DNA of 64,000 bases, from NCBI GenBank assembly GCA_963751455.1, contig CAVVUN010000015.1:1248001-1312000 (forward strand), given 5' to 3'. The notes under the pieces were generated by a model that saw only the letters and a program-made list of their open reading frames with translations, ran no database searches and was not told where the DNA came from. The DNA is from Nitrospirota bacterium. Its GTDB lineage: Bacteria > Nitrospirota > UBA9217. The position numbers and the translations under genes are program-made. Position 1 is the first letter of the stretch. Each line of letters opens with the position of its first letter. Shown one piece after another: positions 40,695-49,354 of the stretch.

Positions 40695-40816
40695 GTTGTC
40701 CACCTCCTTTCGATTCGATTTGTTCTTTGTCTATAAATCTCCCCGTGGAACTGGTAAGCATCTTCTTTTCTTGTTGTATTTATAGCAAGCGACAGGAGCT
40801 TTGACTATTGGCGGAT

Positions 40817-40847
40817 ATTCCTATTCGAAAGGAATAATAGTCCTAAT
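40817..40847 (-). promoter_or_regulatory. TCCTA direct repeats upstream of an extended -10
   Basis: atTCCTAtt and agTCCTAat, 22 bp apart; TGcTATAAAT on minus strand near 40779-40788. Confidence 0.4.
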
Positions 40848-40879
40848 CAGAGGGCGTTTATTGAGGAAAAAGCGATAAA

Positions 40880-41055
40880 CCTAGAAAAAAGCATTTGGGA
40901 CGCAGAAAAATCGGATAAGCGCAGATAAGGTCGGATAAAAAAACGTTCTTGTATCGTAAAAGCAGTCACCCTGCGGATGAATTTTTTTCTCTAAAAATTC
41001 TTTTGTTTGATCTGCGGTTATCTGCGTTCATCTGCGTCCAACTGCCGTTTTCAGG
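40880..41055. mobile_element. 176-bp MITE-like element, copy A
   Basis: near-identical to 58335-58510; cct-aaaa / ttttcagg ends; internal GACGCAGA / TCTGCGTC arms. Confidence 0.8.
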
Positions 41056-41153
41056 ATAAAGAGGCACAAGTAAGACACAGAATTGGGGGGACGAGCTGAG
41101 AAGATGCTGTTAAAATAGGGATAAACTGCATGACTTCTAACTTCTGCTACCGG

Positions 41154-41678
41154 CTATCTCAGCATGCTGTCGGCGATCTTGATGAGCTCAAACGGAGCAG
41201 ATCTCATTGTAAGCGCTATGCGCGCTTCGGCCTCGGTCCAGGATATTCTGCTGCAGGTCTCGCTGCCGCAGGTTCCCACCTCCAGAACGGCATTTCTGTC
41301 TTTTAACCGGTACTGAACTTTTTCCCTGACCTGTGTGAGCGTTATAAAAGCATTGCCCGGAAAGGAATCCGAACCTGCCTGGGAAACGACGAGCGCAGGT
41401 TCACGGCTGCCTGCCCGGCTGAACACGATCAGCATTGCGGGAAACGGCTTTGACTGTGCCAGCACCTCGGATGGCGGCCAGAATATGGTCTGCGGGAAAT
41501 AGGTCGGGACCAGGACGTTCTTCAGGTTCAATTTTGCCCGCGCTTCTTCGATGCTGTCGTATTTTCTCAGGGTGTCCTTCTTCAGCGCGAGCGGAAGCCA
41601 GTTCAAAAGCAGCAAAGTGATAACGACCGCTGCAATGGTCGATAAGAAATAGAACAAGGCCTGTGTTCTGGAGCGCAT
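41154..41678 (-). CDS. membrane-anchored hypothetical protein
   Basis: N-terminal TM followed by VPTYFP..WPP; start MRSRTQ. Confidence 0.7.
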   Translation of the reverse strand: MRSRTQALFYFLSTIAAVVITLLLLNWLPLALKKDTLRKYDSIEEARAKLNLKNVLVPTYFPQTIFWPPSEVLAQSKPFPAMLIVFSRAGSREPALVVSQAGSDSFPGNAFITLTQVREKVQYRLKDRNAVLEVGTCGSETCSRISWTEAEARIALTMRSAPFELIKIADSMLR

Positions 41679-41720
41679 GCTGTTACCCCCTAACCCGGAC
41701 AAGCCGGAACCAACCGTTAA

Positions 41721-41866
41721 ACCGCCAAGGCGCAATGGTCGCGAGGAAGGCTCAAACCAAATACTGGTTTTTAATATCAAAAACGTTTCCCGGTTTCCTC
41801 GCGTCCCTCGCGTCTCTCGTGCCCAGCGTTTATGAGTGCTATAGCGCGAGTGCAGGGTATCGCGGT
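41721..41866. repeat. CGC-periodic inverted-repeat element with a small insertion in the right arm
   Basis: accgccaaggcgcaatggtcgcgagga / tcctcgcgtccctcgcgtctctc[41819-41860]cgcggt. Confidence 0.65.
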
Positions 41867-41973
41867 AAATATTTTCTTGCCTTTTTGAGAAGATTTTCAC
41901 TCGTAACTGACTATGCGTCGGCCGGGACTTCGCCCGGCAGACAAGGCCCTTCGGGCAGTTTGAATTTAACGCT

Positions 41974-42038
41974 TTTGTAGGGCGAGGCTTTAGCGCTGAT
42001 CACCGGGAAGCCGCAACCCTGAAGGGTTGCCCTACAAA
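41974..42038. repeat. GTAG-type REP doublet
   Basis: tttGTAGggcgaggctttagc ... gcaaccctgaagggttgccCTACaaa. Confidence 0.6.
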
Positions 42039-42141
42039 CATCGACAAAAGATTGTCGATGTTATGGGCGTAAGCGCCTAATTAAAAAATTGCATATTTCA
42101 AATTGCAAATTGCAAAACGCACGTGAAAACTCAGGTCGCCG

Positions 42142-43134
42142 TCAAACAACAAAAAAGTTTATGGTCGTAATAACCGCGATAGTGATAATGAAGAGCGGCC
42201 ATCGGTTGCCGCTGTTCGGGTGCCCGCCTCCGGCCAGCCGCGCAATCCTGCTTTCGAGCTGCATCCTGTGGCTGTATTCTTCGAGCGGGACCGGCGCGAA
42301 CAAGGATTTTTTCCCGGCGTCAGGACCTGGAGCATCGGGCAATGGGACAAATTTTTTCAATGCCTCTATCAGGTGCTCCGGCTGCTTTGTAAATGAAAGC
42401 GCAATATCATCGCATATCTTCTCCTCGTTCCTGACCACGCGCCTGAATTCGACCAGTGATACCGGGTTAAAGAAGGTCAGCATTCGAAGGAGAAAGACGG
42501 CAAGAAGCACCGGCCTGCGGCTTCGGGCAATATGGGCCAGTTCGTGTGCGAGCGATGCCTGCAGCTGCCCGGGCGTGAGCTTTTCGGTAAGGCCGTCCGA
42601 TATGAAAACCGCTGGTTTTCTTCCCGTGGTCGAAAAGATCACAAGCTCTTCGTCTTCCATGATGACAATCTCGGGCGGCGCGATGGAAAGGGCGCGGCAG
42701 CACTCTTCCACGAAGGGGTCAGGCGCCCGCTCAATGCCTTCCTGCTCAAGGTTTCTCGATTGCACGGTATGGAACAAAATAGGGATCATTTCCTGGAAAA
42801 CAAAGACAAGCGAGGTGACGGCAAGCATCGCCAGGAAAAGCGCGCCGATGGAAACGACGCCCAAAATTTCAATATTCATCCAGCGGTTCGCATCCAGAAG
42901 AGAGACCAGCCTGAATTCGAGAGAACTCCTGCCCGGGACGAGTGCCTGGAAAAGAGGAAAGGAGAAAACCGGCACGAGAACAACGATAAGCCGGAAACGC
43001 TGCCGCACGATCGGGTTCCCGACATTCCACGCCCTGAGCGCCTGGTCGGAAATCACCGACGCGATCATCGAGTGGCAGAATGCCTGGGTCACGAACATCC
43101 CGACATAGGAATTAAAAAAATTGAACATGATCAT
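42142..43134 (-). CDS. membrane zinc metalloprotease, M56/M48 (BlaR1-like)
   Basis: TM helices, LAHELAHIAR (HExxH), FFNPV...EEKICDD. Confidence 0.85.
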   Translation of the reverse strand: MIMFNFFNSYVGMFVTQAFCHSMIASVISDQALRAWNVGNPIVRQRFRLIVVLVPVFSFPLFQALVPGRSSLEFRLVSLLDANRWMNIEILGVVSIGALFLAMLAVTSLVFVFQEMIPILFHTVQSRNLEQEGIERAPDPFVEECCRALSIAPPEIVIMEDEELVIFSTTGRKPAVFISDGLTEKLTPGQLQASLAHELAHIARSRRPVLLAVFLLRMLTFFNPVSLVEFRRVVRNEEKICDDIALSFTKQPEHLIEALKKFVPLPDAPGPDAGKKSLFAPVPLEEYSHRMQLESRIARLAGGGHPNSGNRWPLFIITIAVITTINFFVV

Positions 43135-43422
43135 AAACGAGCTTGTCCTACTCCATCTCCCCTCAGTGGAAGAAGGCTGGAAGAGGGGACTCGCCGGGTG
43201 AGAGAAATTGGAGCAAATCGGGCATGTATTTTCGAGGCAATTATAGCGAAATCGGTGGTCCATTGCCAGAAAAAGTATATCAGGAACCCGGGTTTTGCCG
43301 CGTTTTGTTATATCTTCTTGATTTTTGCGTCTTTCTGTAATATCTTCATCCAGGACGTTCTATGCATTTATATTGAGATTTTAGCGTTCACGGTAAGTGT
43401 ATACAAATGAAGCGGGGTGCCG

Positions 43423-43572
43423 ATGCAGCTTCCGAAAGAAATCTCCGAACTGATCGAACGCTTTGACCGGAACATCGAAGACTACAAGTCCGGAAAGTAC
43501 AATGAGATGCGGCTCCGGCAGGAATTTCTCAATCCGTTCTTCGAAACGCTCGGTTGGGACATGAACAACCGG
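43423..43572 (+). pseudogene. N-terminal fragment of a type IIG/HsdR_N-like restriction-modification gene, cut by the RAYT element
   Basis: LIERFDRNIEDYKSGKYNEMRLRQEFLNPFFETLGWDMNN; similarity ends at the IR at 43573. Confidence 0.7.
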
Positions 43573-44515
43573 GAACCTTTAGGGTCAAGTCTTTTTCGTT
43601 GCATTTCATTCTGATTTCTGCTACAGTCGCCCCATGGCCCGACCTCTAAGAATAGAATATGCCGGTGCGGTCTATCACGTAACATCCCGTGGCAACGAGA
43701 AAAAGCCCGTATTCAAAAACGACCAGGACCGCGAAAACTTTCTGAACACGGTCCAGCACGTCAACAAGCGGTACAATTGGATCTGTCATGCGTATTGCCT
43801 CATGACAAATCATTACCACCTTCTTATCGAGACCCCGGAAGGCAATCTTTCTCTCGGTATGCGCCAATTGAACGGCGTCTATACGCAACTTTTCAACAAG
43901 TATCACGGCAGGTCCGGGCATTTATTCCAGGGCCGGTATAAGGCTATCTTGATCCAGAAAGACAGTCATCTCCTTGAGGTCTGCCGATATGTGGTTCTAA
44001 ATCCGGTAAGAGCAAGGATTGTCGAAGCGCCGGAAGACTGGAAGTGGTCCAGTTACCTTGCGACGGCGGGTAAGGCAGAACCTCATCCCTGCCTCACAAA
44101 GGACTGGGTGCTCGGTCAATTCAGCAGAAAACGAGATAAGGCGGAAAAAGAGTATCGCCAGTTCGTTCAGTGGGGTATCGGAAAGAAGACGATCTGGACG
44201 GAAGTGCGAGGCCAAGCGCTTTTAGGTGAGGACGATTTTGTAGATAAACTTACGGATTATCTCAAAAAGCACAAGGACATTCCCGAAATTCCCCGGAGTC
44301 AGCGATATTCGACTCGACCGTCGCTTGCCGTTTTGCTGCCCGACTCAGTCATGAACAATCATCGCAAACTGATGAAAAAGGTGTCTGAGGCCGTGGAAAA
44401 ATACGGTTATCATCAGAGTGAACTAGCCCGTCATGTGGCTGTCCACTACTCGACGATCAGCCGCTGGCTTCGTGAATACGAAAATGCAACGAAAAAGACT
44501 TGACCCTAAAGGTTC
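43573..44515. mobile_element. RAYT-type element 1 bounded by a perfect 34-bp inverted repeat
   Basis: gaacctttagggtcaagtctttttcgttgcattt (43573-43606) is the reverse complement of 44482-44515. Confidence 0.85.
43634..44503 (+). CDS. REP-associated tyrosine (Y1/HUH) transposase with C-terminal HTH
   Basis: YHVTSRGN, AYCLMTNHYHLL (HUH), GHLFQGRY, YVVLNPVRA, WSSY. Confidence 0.92.
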   Translation: MARPLRIEYAGAVYHVTSRGNEKKPVFKNDQDRENFLNTVQHVNKRYNWICHAYCLMTNHYHLLIETPEGNLSLGMRQLNGVYTQLFNKYHGRSGHLFQGRYKAILIQKDSHLLEVCRYVVLNPVRARIVEAPEDWKWSSYLATAGKAEPHPCLTKDWVLGQFSRKRDKAEKEYRQFVQWGIGKKTIWTEVRGQALLGEDDFVDKLTDYLKKHKDIPEIPRSQRYSTRPSLAVLLPDSVMNNHRKLMKKVSEAVEKYGYHQSELARHVAVHYSTISRWLREYENATKKT

Positions 44516-44553
44516 TCTTGACCCTAAAGGTTCTCTAAAGGTTCTAAAGGTTT

Positions 44554-44648
44554 TCACAACGAGCGATTGCCGACCACCTGGGTGTGCACTTCACGTACGT
44601 GAGTAGAATTTTACGGAATCGAAGGGAAAGGTAAACAGTATAGACCTG
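44554..44648 (+). pseudogene. orphan 3' end (HTH plus partial IR) of a third RAYT-type transposase
   Basis: SQRAIADHLGVHFTYVSRILRNRRER* then acagtatagacctg, matching the end of the 46531-47388 gene. Confidence 0.75.
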
Positions 44649-45183
44649 TATAACCCTGTGAAGTTCCAAGACCATCGGCGGGGGACCGCACACGGATTTC
44701 GCCGAACACCCGTCACCCATTGCGCAGCCCCCCACTCCTGGTCTATTTACTATAACAAGGATTTCCAATTCATGAATAAAGTGTTTATGAGCTGTGCATT
44801 TGCAATGCGAGCCGCGGGAGCCATGCGACGGTCTTGCCTTTTCTCAAGAGCATTGCCGGCTGCATTCCTGTTGTCGCACGTCCGAGCACGCTGAAATTCT
44901 CCGGCCCCCAATTATATCTGGGAATGTAGAACGGATTTTCCGTATCGGCTTGCAGACCGGAAAGACCATTGGCGAGCAATGAATCGGTGTTGACTTCGAA
45001 TTTCCAGATGGGATAGGATGTTGCGGTACTCGTCGGCAGAGTACTGAGGTTTAACAGTGCCTGGAGCGCCCTAAAATCATAATCCTGATTCCCTTGGACG
45101 GCTGAGGGTCAAATCTCATTTGTCAACAATGAGAGCCGGCCGATCAGCCCTGAGTTAGAGGCTTTTGGGGTCGTTTTTTTACA

Positions 45184-45297
45184 GGCTGTTGCCTGTGCTT
45201 CGACAGGTTCAGCGTGAACGGAAAAAGATAACGATTTCAAAGGTAATGCCGTTCGCCCTGAGTTTGTCGAAGGGTGAACGGGGTTTCGGCAACAGCC
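45184..45297. repeat. nested inverted-repeat element
   Basis: ggctgttgcc / ggcaacagcc enclosing cttcgaca..gtgaacgg / ccgttcgc..tgtcgaag. Confidence 0.6.
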
Positions 45298-45448
45298 CTT
45301 GACAGTTCTAACGGAAAGATATTTATATCGGTCCTTTTTTTGGGCCCGCCGGGTCCTCGTTCTGCAACGCCCTTGTCGTAATGCAGTTGACGTGCCTGCA
45401 TAAAATGTGTAAAATATGATTATCATATAATACGCAGAGGAGGGAACA

Positions 45449-45730
45449 ATGACGAAAACGATAACCGCAACCGAGGCTGTTCGGAAGTTTTCCGAGATAC
45501 TCAATTCCATAAAATACACGGGGAATGACTATACGATCATGCGGGGAGGCAAGCCGGTTGCGACGATCCGTCCGGCGGAAACCCACGCAAAGGAATTGAC
45601 CCTGGGCGATCTGCCGGGATTGGTGCGATCGCTTCCCGCGCTCGGCGATGAAGCGGAACGATTCAAAAAAGACATCAGGGAAGCCCGTAAGCATCAGCCC
45701 CATTTGCCGGAGAAAGACAAATGGGCGTAA
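45449..45730 (+). CDS. Phd/YefM-family antitoxin
   Basis: ITATEAVRKFSEILN...IMRGGKPVATIRP; overlaps the toxin gene. Confidence 0.85.
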   Translation: MTKTITATEAVRKFSEILNSIKYTGNDYTIMRGGKPVATIRPAETHAKELTLGDLPGLVRSLPALGDEAERFKKDIREARKHQPHLPEKDKWA

Positions 45731-46128
45731 TATTCGACACGAGCGTCCTGATCTCCCTTGAGCGCGGTTCGCACGGACTTGAGAGGCTCGCCTCAGGCAG
45801 GGAAAACGAGGCCTTCGGTATCAGCGTTGTCGCTGTTTCCGAGCTCTTGCATGGCGTTCATCGTGCGGACTCAGAGAAAAGGCGCCTCACGAGGGGAGCG
45901 TTCGTCGAAAAGATTATACAGACCTTCCCGCTCTATTCGTTTGACTTGAACGCAGCGAGAATCTATGCAAAACTTTGGGCCAATCTCGCAAAAAAGGGAG
46001 TGACCATAGGCGCTCACGACCTTATGATCGCTTCAACGGCAATTGCCCTCGGTTTCTCCGTGGTTACTACTGATGTGCGCGACTATGGCAAGGTTAAGGA
46101 AGTGACTGTCGAAAAGTTCCTCGTATGA
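45721..46128 (+). CDS. VapC PIN-domain toxin
   Basis: IFDTSVLI, SELLHG, GAHDLMIASTA, VVTTDVRDY. Confidence 0.9.
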   Translation: MGVIFDTSVLISLERGSHGLERLASGRENEAFGISVVAVSELLHGVHRADSEKRRLTRGAFVEKIIQTFPLYSFDLNAARIYAKLWANLAKKGVTIGAHDLMIASTAIALGFSVVTTDVRDYGKVKEVTVEKFLV

Positions 46129-46264
46129 TTAGCCTCGGTCGTTCTCAGAGGAGAACTTTCGGGGCCAGGTTTTTAAATATCAGTTGGTAGATTTGAAACC
46201 CGCCCCGTTTTTTGACCGGACCCCCACCCGTCCTCGGATATCTCCTGATCTGAAAGGAAGCCCC

Positions 46265-46360
46265 ATGAAGAGGACCCAATTATATATAGAAGATGATGTT
46301 CTTAAAGTGCTCCGGCGAGTAAGCAAGGAAAAGGCGGTTTCAATATCCGCTCTGAAATAG
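46265..46360 (+). pseudogene. truncated CopG/RHH antitoxin
   Basis: MKRTQLYIEDDVLKVLRRVSKEKAVSISALK* with AAGGA RBS. Confidence 0.55.
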
Positions 46361-46388
46361 CGACAATATCTTTGCTTTTACCATTCGT

Positions 46389-46464
46389 CCAAAGTTTCTT
46401 TTTCATAATAAAGCCCGACGCCCTATCCAGCCCGCCCCTTCGCTGTTTTTGATTGAAACTTAAT
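46389..46464 (+). repeat. 76-bp exact direct repeat, copy 1
   Basis: identical to 49573-49648. Confidence 0.9.
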
Positions 46465-46467
46465 TTG

Positions 46468-47415
46468 AACTTCTTAGGGTCAGGTCCATACTGTTGGACT
46501 TTTGTTTAAACTTCTGTTAAACTCCCCTTTATGGCTCGTCCATTACGCATAGAATACTCCGGTGCAGTTTATCACATCACCAACCGGGGCAACGATAAAA
46601 AAGCCGTATTCAAAGATGACCAGGACCGAGAGATATTTCTCAAAATCCTTGCCTTCGTCAACAAACGCTACCACTGGCTTTGTCACGCCTACTGTCTCAT
46701 GGACAATCATTACCACCTCATGATAGAAACGCCGGATGGAAACCTTTCCCTCGGCATGAGGCAGCTAAACGGTGTTTATACTCAGGCGCGGAACAAACGC
46801 CACAACAAGACCGGGCACCTTTTCCAGGGCAGGTACAAGGCCATCCTTATTCAAAAGGACACTCATCTTCTTGAAGTCTGCCGCTATGTGGTCCTTAATC
46901 CGGTCCGCGCTGGGATGGTCGAAAAGCCCGAAGACTGGAAATGGTCCAGCTACCGGGCCACAGGTGGGAAGGAAACAGCTCATCCCTGTCTCACAACGGA
47001 CTGGATACTAGGACAGTTCAGCCGAACGAGGGCCAAGGCAGAGAAAGAATATCGCCAATTTGTGAAATGGGGGATCGGCAAGGAAACCATCTGGAAGGAG
47101 GTCAAGGGCCAAGCCCTTCTCGGCGAAGATGACTTTGTTGACAGCCTTGCCGATCATCTCGGAAGGCATAAAGATATTCCCGAGATCCCAAAGAGCCAGC
47201 GCTACGCCAACAGGCCGGCACTTGAAAAAATATTCACTCAGAGTATACTGGACAACAAACTTACGCGGGACAGAAAAATTGCCGAGGCTGTCGAGAAGTA
47301 CGGATACACTCAGCGTTCAATTGCTGATCACCTCAGCGTGCACTCCACATACGTGAGCAGAATTCTGTGCGGACACTACAAAAGGTAAACAGTATGGACC
47401 TGACCCTAAGAAGTT
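46468..47415. mobile_element. RAYT-type element 2 bounded by a perfect 28-bp inverted repeat
   Basis: aacttcttagggtcaggtccatactgtt (46468-46495) is the reverse complement of 47388-47415. Confidence 0.85.
46531..47388 (+). CDS. REP-associated tyrosine (Y1/HUH) transposase with C-terminal HTH
   Basis: paralog of 43634-44503; YHITNRGN, MDNHYHLM, YVVLNPVRA. Confidence 0.92.
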   Translation: MARPLRIEYSGAVYHITNRGNDKKAVFKDDQDREIFLKILAFVNKRYHWLCHAYCLMDNHYHLMIETPDGNLSLGMRQLNGVYTQARNKRHNKTGHLFQGRYKAILIQKDTHLLEVCRYVVLNPVRAGMVEKPEDWKWSSYRATGGKETAHPCLTTDWILGQFSRTRAKAEKEYRQFVKWGIGKETIWKEVKGQALLGEDDFVDSLADHLGRHKDIPEIPKSQRYANRPALEKIFTQSILDNKLTRDRKIAEAVEKYGYTQRSIADHLSVHSTYVSRILCGHYKR

Positions 47416-47427
47416 TTCTGAGAAGTT

Positions 47428-47717
47428 TTGGTTGCCGAACACGGGGATGCGCTCCTCTGTGTTCGCTACAGATACGACGAGCAGAGCCGCACACGCTAAA
47501 AACCATAGAACTGATCATCGAATGAAAACCCTGGATGCCGACCTCACGCCGTTTCAACGATAATACACCGGTGCCTGTGCGAATTGAATATAGTGATAAG
47601 GCTTTGCGGGAAAAGGCAAAGGCGGCGCATGGAAAATGGGATCCGAAGACACGTGCATGGTATATTCAGTTCGGAAAAATCAAAGGAACCGAATTGGAAA
47701 AGTTTATAATATCATAA
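47428..47717 (+). pseudogene. degraded hypothetical gene (5'-truncated, one frameshift, one internal stop)
   Basis: LVAEHGDALLCVRYRYDEQSRTR / KTIELIIE*KPW...KAAHGKWDPKTRAWYI. Confidence 0.55.
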
Positions 47718-47849
47718 ACCTGAGGCAACGAGAAAGCTTATGATACTATAAACAGCCAAAGCTTAGAATAGCATAAACCGGCTTATTCTATCATAAACTT
47801 GTTTGTCATATCATAAGCCGGTTTCCGAATAGAGATTAACTGGTTAACC
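47713..47849 (+). other. attI-like region
   Basis: CATAA(A/G)C at 20-bp spacing (47772, 47792, 47812), 11-bp IR aaccggcttat/ataagccggtt, ending in GTTAACC core. Confidence 0.45.
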
Positions 47850-47859
47850 GGGGAAAATC

Positions 47860-48588
47860 ATGAGCACACCTCTCGAAGACAAATCGACATTAGAAGACAT
47901 ACGTAATCGATTTGACAACGATGTTGACCGTTTCTCAAGTCTCGAAACTGGCCAGGCAGCAACTATCGATGCTCCGCTCGCCTTGGAGTTGATTACCCGA
48001 GCTGCGATCTCGTGCACCGCAAACATTCGACGTGTACTTGATATCGGATGTGGTGCTGGCAACAGCACTCTCAAACTTCTTCAGTCTGTTTCTCCCTTTG
48101 ATTGTGACCTCATCGATTTGAGCCAACCCATGCTCGAAAGGGCACATGCCCGGATTGCTGCAGTTAATTCGGGTGCGATCAGAATCTTTCAAGGCGACTT
48201 TCGCACAATCAATTTACCCGACCAAGGATATGACGTCATCTTGGCTGCGGCTGTTTTACATCACTTGCGAGATGATCAAGACTGGGAAATAGCATTTCGC
48301 AAGATTTATAGGCTGACAGCCCCAGGTGGCAGCGCCTGGATAACGGATTTGGTGTCCCATGAAACTGCGGCGGTCCATAGCATGATGTGGGAGCGGTATG
48401 AAGTATATTTGCGCTCACTGGGCGGAGAAGAGTATAAGAATAAGGTCTTTGCGTACATCGACAAGGAAGACTCACCACGCCCGGTCACATATCAACTAGA
48501 TTTGCTTCGTCGTGTAGGATTCGAGCGCGTTGAGCTTTTACACAAAAATTCATGTTTTGCTGCCTTTGGAGCTGTAAAAAGTCATTAA
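47860..48588 (+). CDS. class I SAM-dependent methyltransferase (putative gene cassette)
   Basis: VLDIGCGAG, DLSQPML, YDVILAAAVLHHL, PGG. Confidence 0.88.
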   Translation: MSTPLEDKSTLEDIRNRFDNDVDRFSSLETGQAATIDAPLALELITRAAISCTANIRRVLDIGCGAGNSTLKLLQSVSPFDCDLIDLSQPMLERAHARIAAVNSGAIRIFQGDFRTINLPDQGYDVILAAAVLHHLRDDQDWEIAFRKIYRLTAPGGSAWITDLVSHETAAVHSMMWERYEVYLRSLGGEEYKNKVFAYIDKEDSPRPVTYQLDLLRRVGFERVELLHKNSCFAAFGAVKSH

Positions 48589-48612
48589 CCACTGGGTCCG
48601 CTGGCGAAAAAC

Positions 48613-48668
48613 GGTCAACGAATCGTCCCACGCCGACCGCTACGCGGCGTGTGAACTCGTCGTTGGAA
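48613..48668 (+). other. integron attC-like site
   Basis: GGTCAAC-gaatc-GTCCCACGCCG..CGGCGTGTGAAC-tcgtc-GTTGGAA; R'' is complementary (7/8) to GTTAACCG at 47843. Confidence 0.65.
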
Positions 48669-49150
48669 ACGCCGTGTCCATAGCAAACAATGAATTGGCC
48701 GCCAAAATAAAAAAATAAAGATTCTCTCGACAGGTGCTGAGGGCTGTCAAAGTGAAGTCTATGTCGTCCCATCTCAGAAGACGGAGCCGCTTGTCTATCA
48801 CTCGCCTAACGGAAAACGCCGTGTTCTACAGTTGTCTCGGATGAGGAGATATGGCAAACATTTCAAGGATGCATGGCATATGCTGAAATAAATCGTGGGC
48901 TTAAGGTCGGGACTGCAAATCATATTTCGGGGTGAGCCCGTCAAATCAGATAACATATTCAACGAGCGGATTGAGCGAGGGGCGGCGCAAAATGCCTGCC
49001 CCCCTCTGGTTATTCACTTTATTCTTCAGATAGAAACAGTACGGGCGTTCCAGTACAAAATTTTCTGTCTTCTCGTGTCCGGCGCTATTGATTTTTTATG
49101 GCGAAATCTTACTGACATATGTTCCAATAGCATTATTGGAGGTTATGTAC

Positions 49151-49354
49151 ATGGCGCACCTCAAAGAAAAAGTTATCGAACTTATCAAATCTCTTCCCGA
49201 AGACGCGACCCTGGAAGATATTCACTATCATCTTTACGTTCGGGAAAAAGTTGAGCATGGCCTAAAAGCAATAGACGAAGGCCGCATTGTCTCACAGGAA
49301 GAAGCTGAAAAAAGGGTTGCGGAATGGTTAAAGTCAAGCCCTCGCGGTGCCTGA
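49151..49354 (+). CDS. putative antitoxin of a ParE/RelE-type TA pair
   Basis: LPEDATLEDIHYHLYVREKVEHGL..IDEGRIVSQEE; GGAGG RBS. Confidence 0.75.
   Translation: MAHLKEKVIELIKSLPEDATLEDIHYHLYVREKVEHGLKAIDEGRIVSQEEAEKRVAEWLKSSPRGA

Noticed and set aside
41679-41900. N-terminal extension of the 41154 ORF
   Set aside because: Translates through repeat elements; real start taken as 41678
44660-45180. Short ORFs after RAYT 1
   Set aside because: No motifs or RBS; probably degraded sequence
43573-47415. IS200/IS605 element with TnpB or an RNA guide
   Set aside because: No TnpB/IscB ORF; the proteins are long RAYT-type with C-terminal HTH
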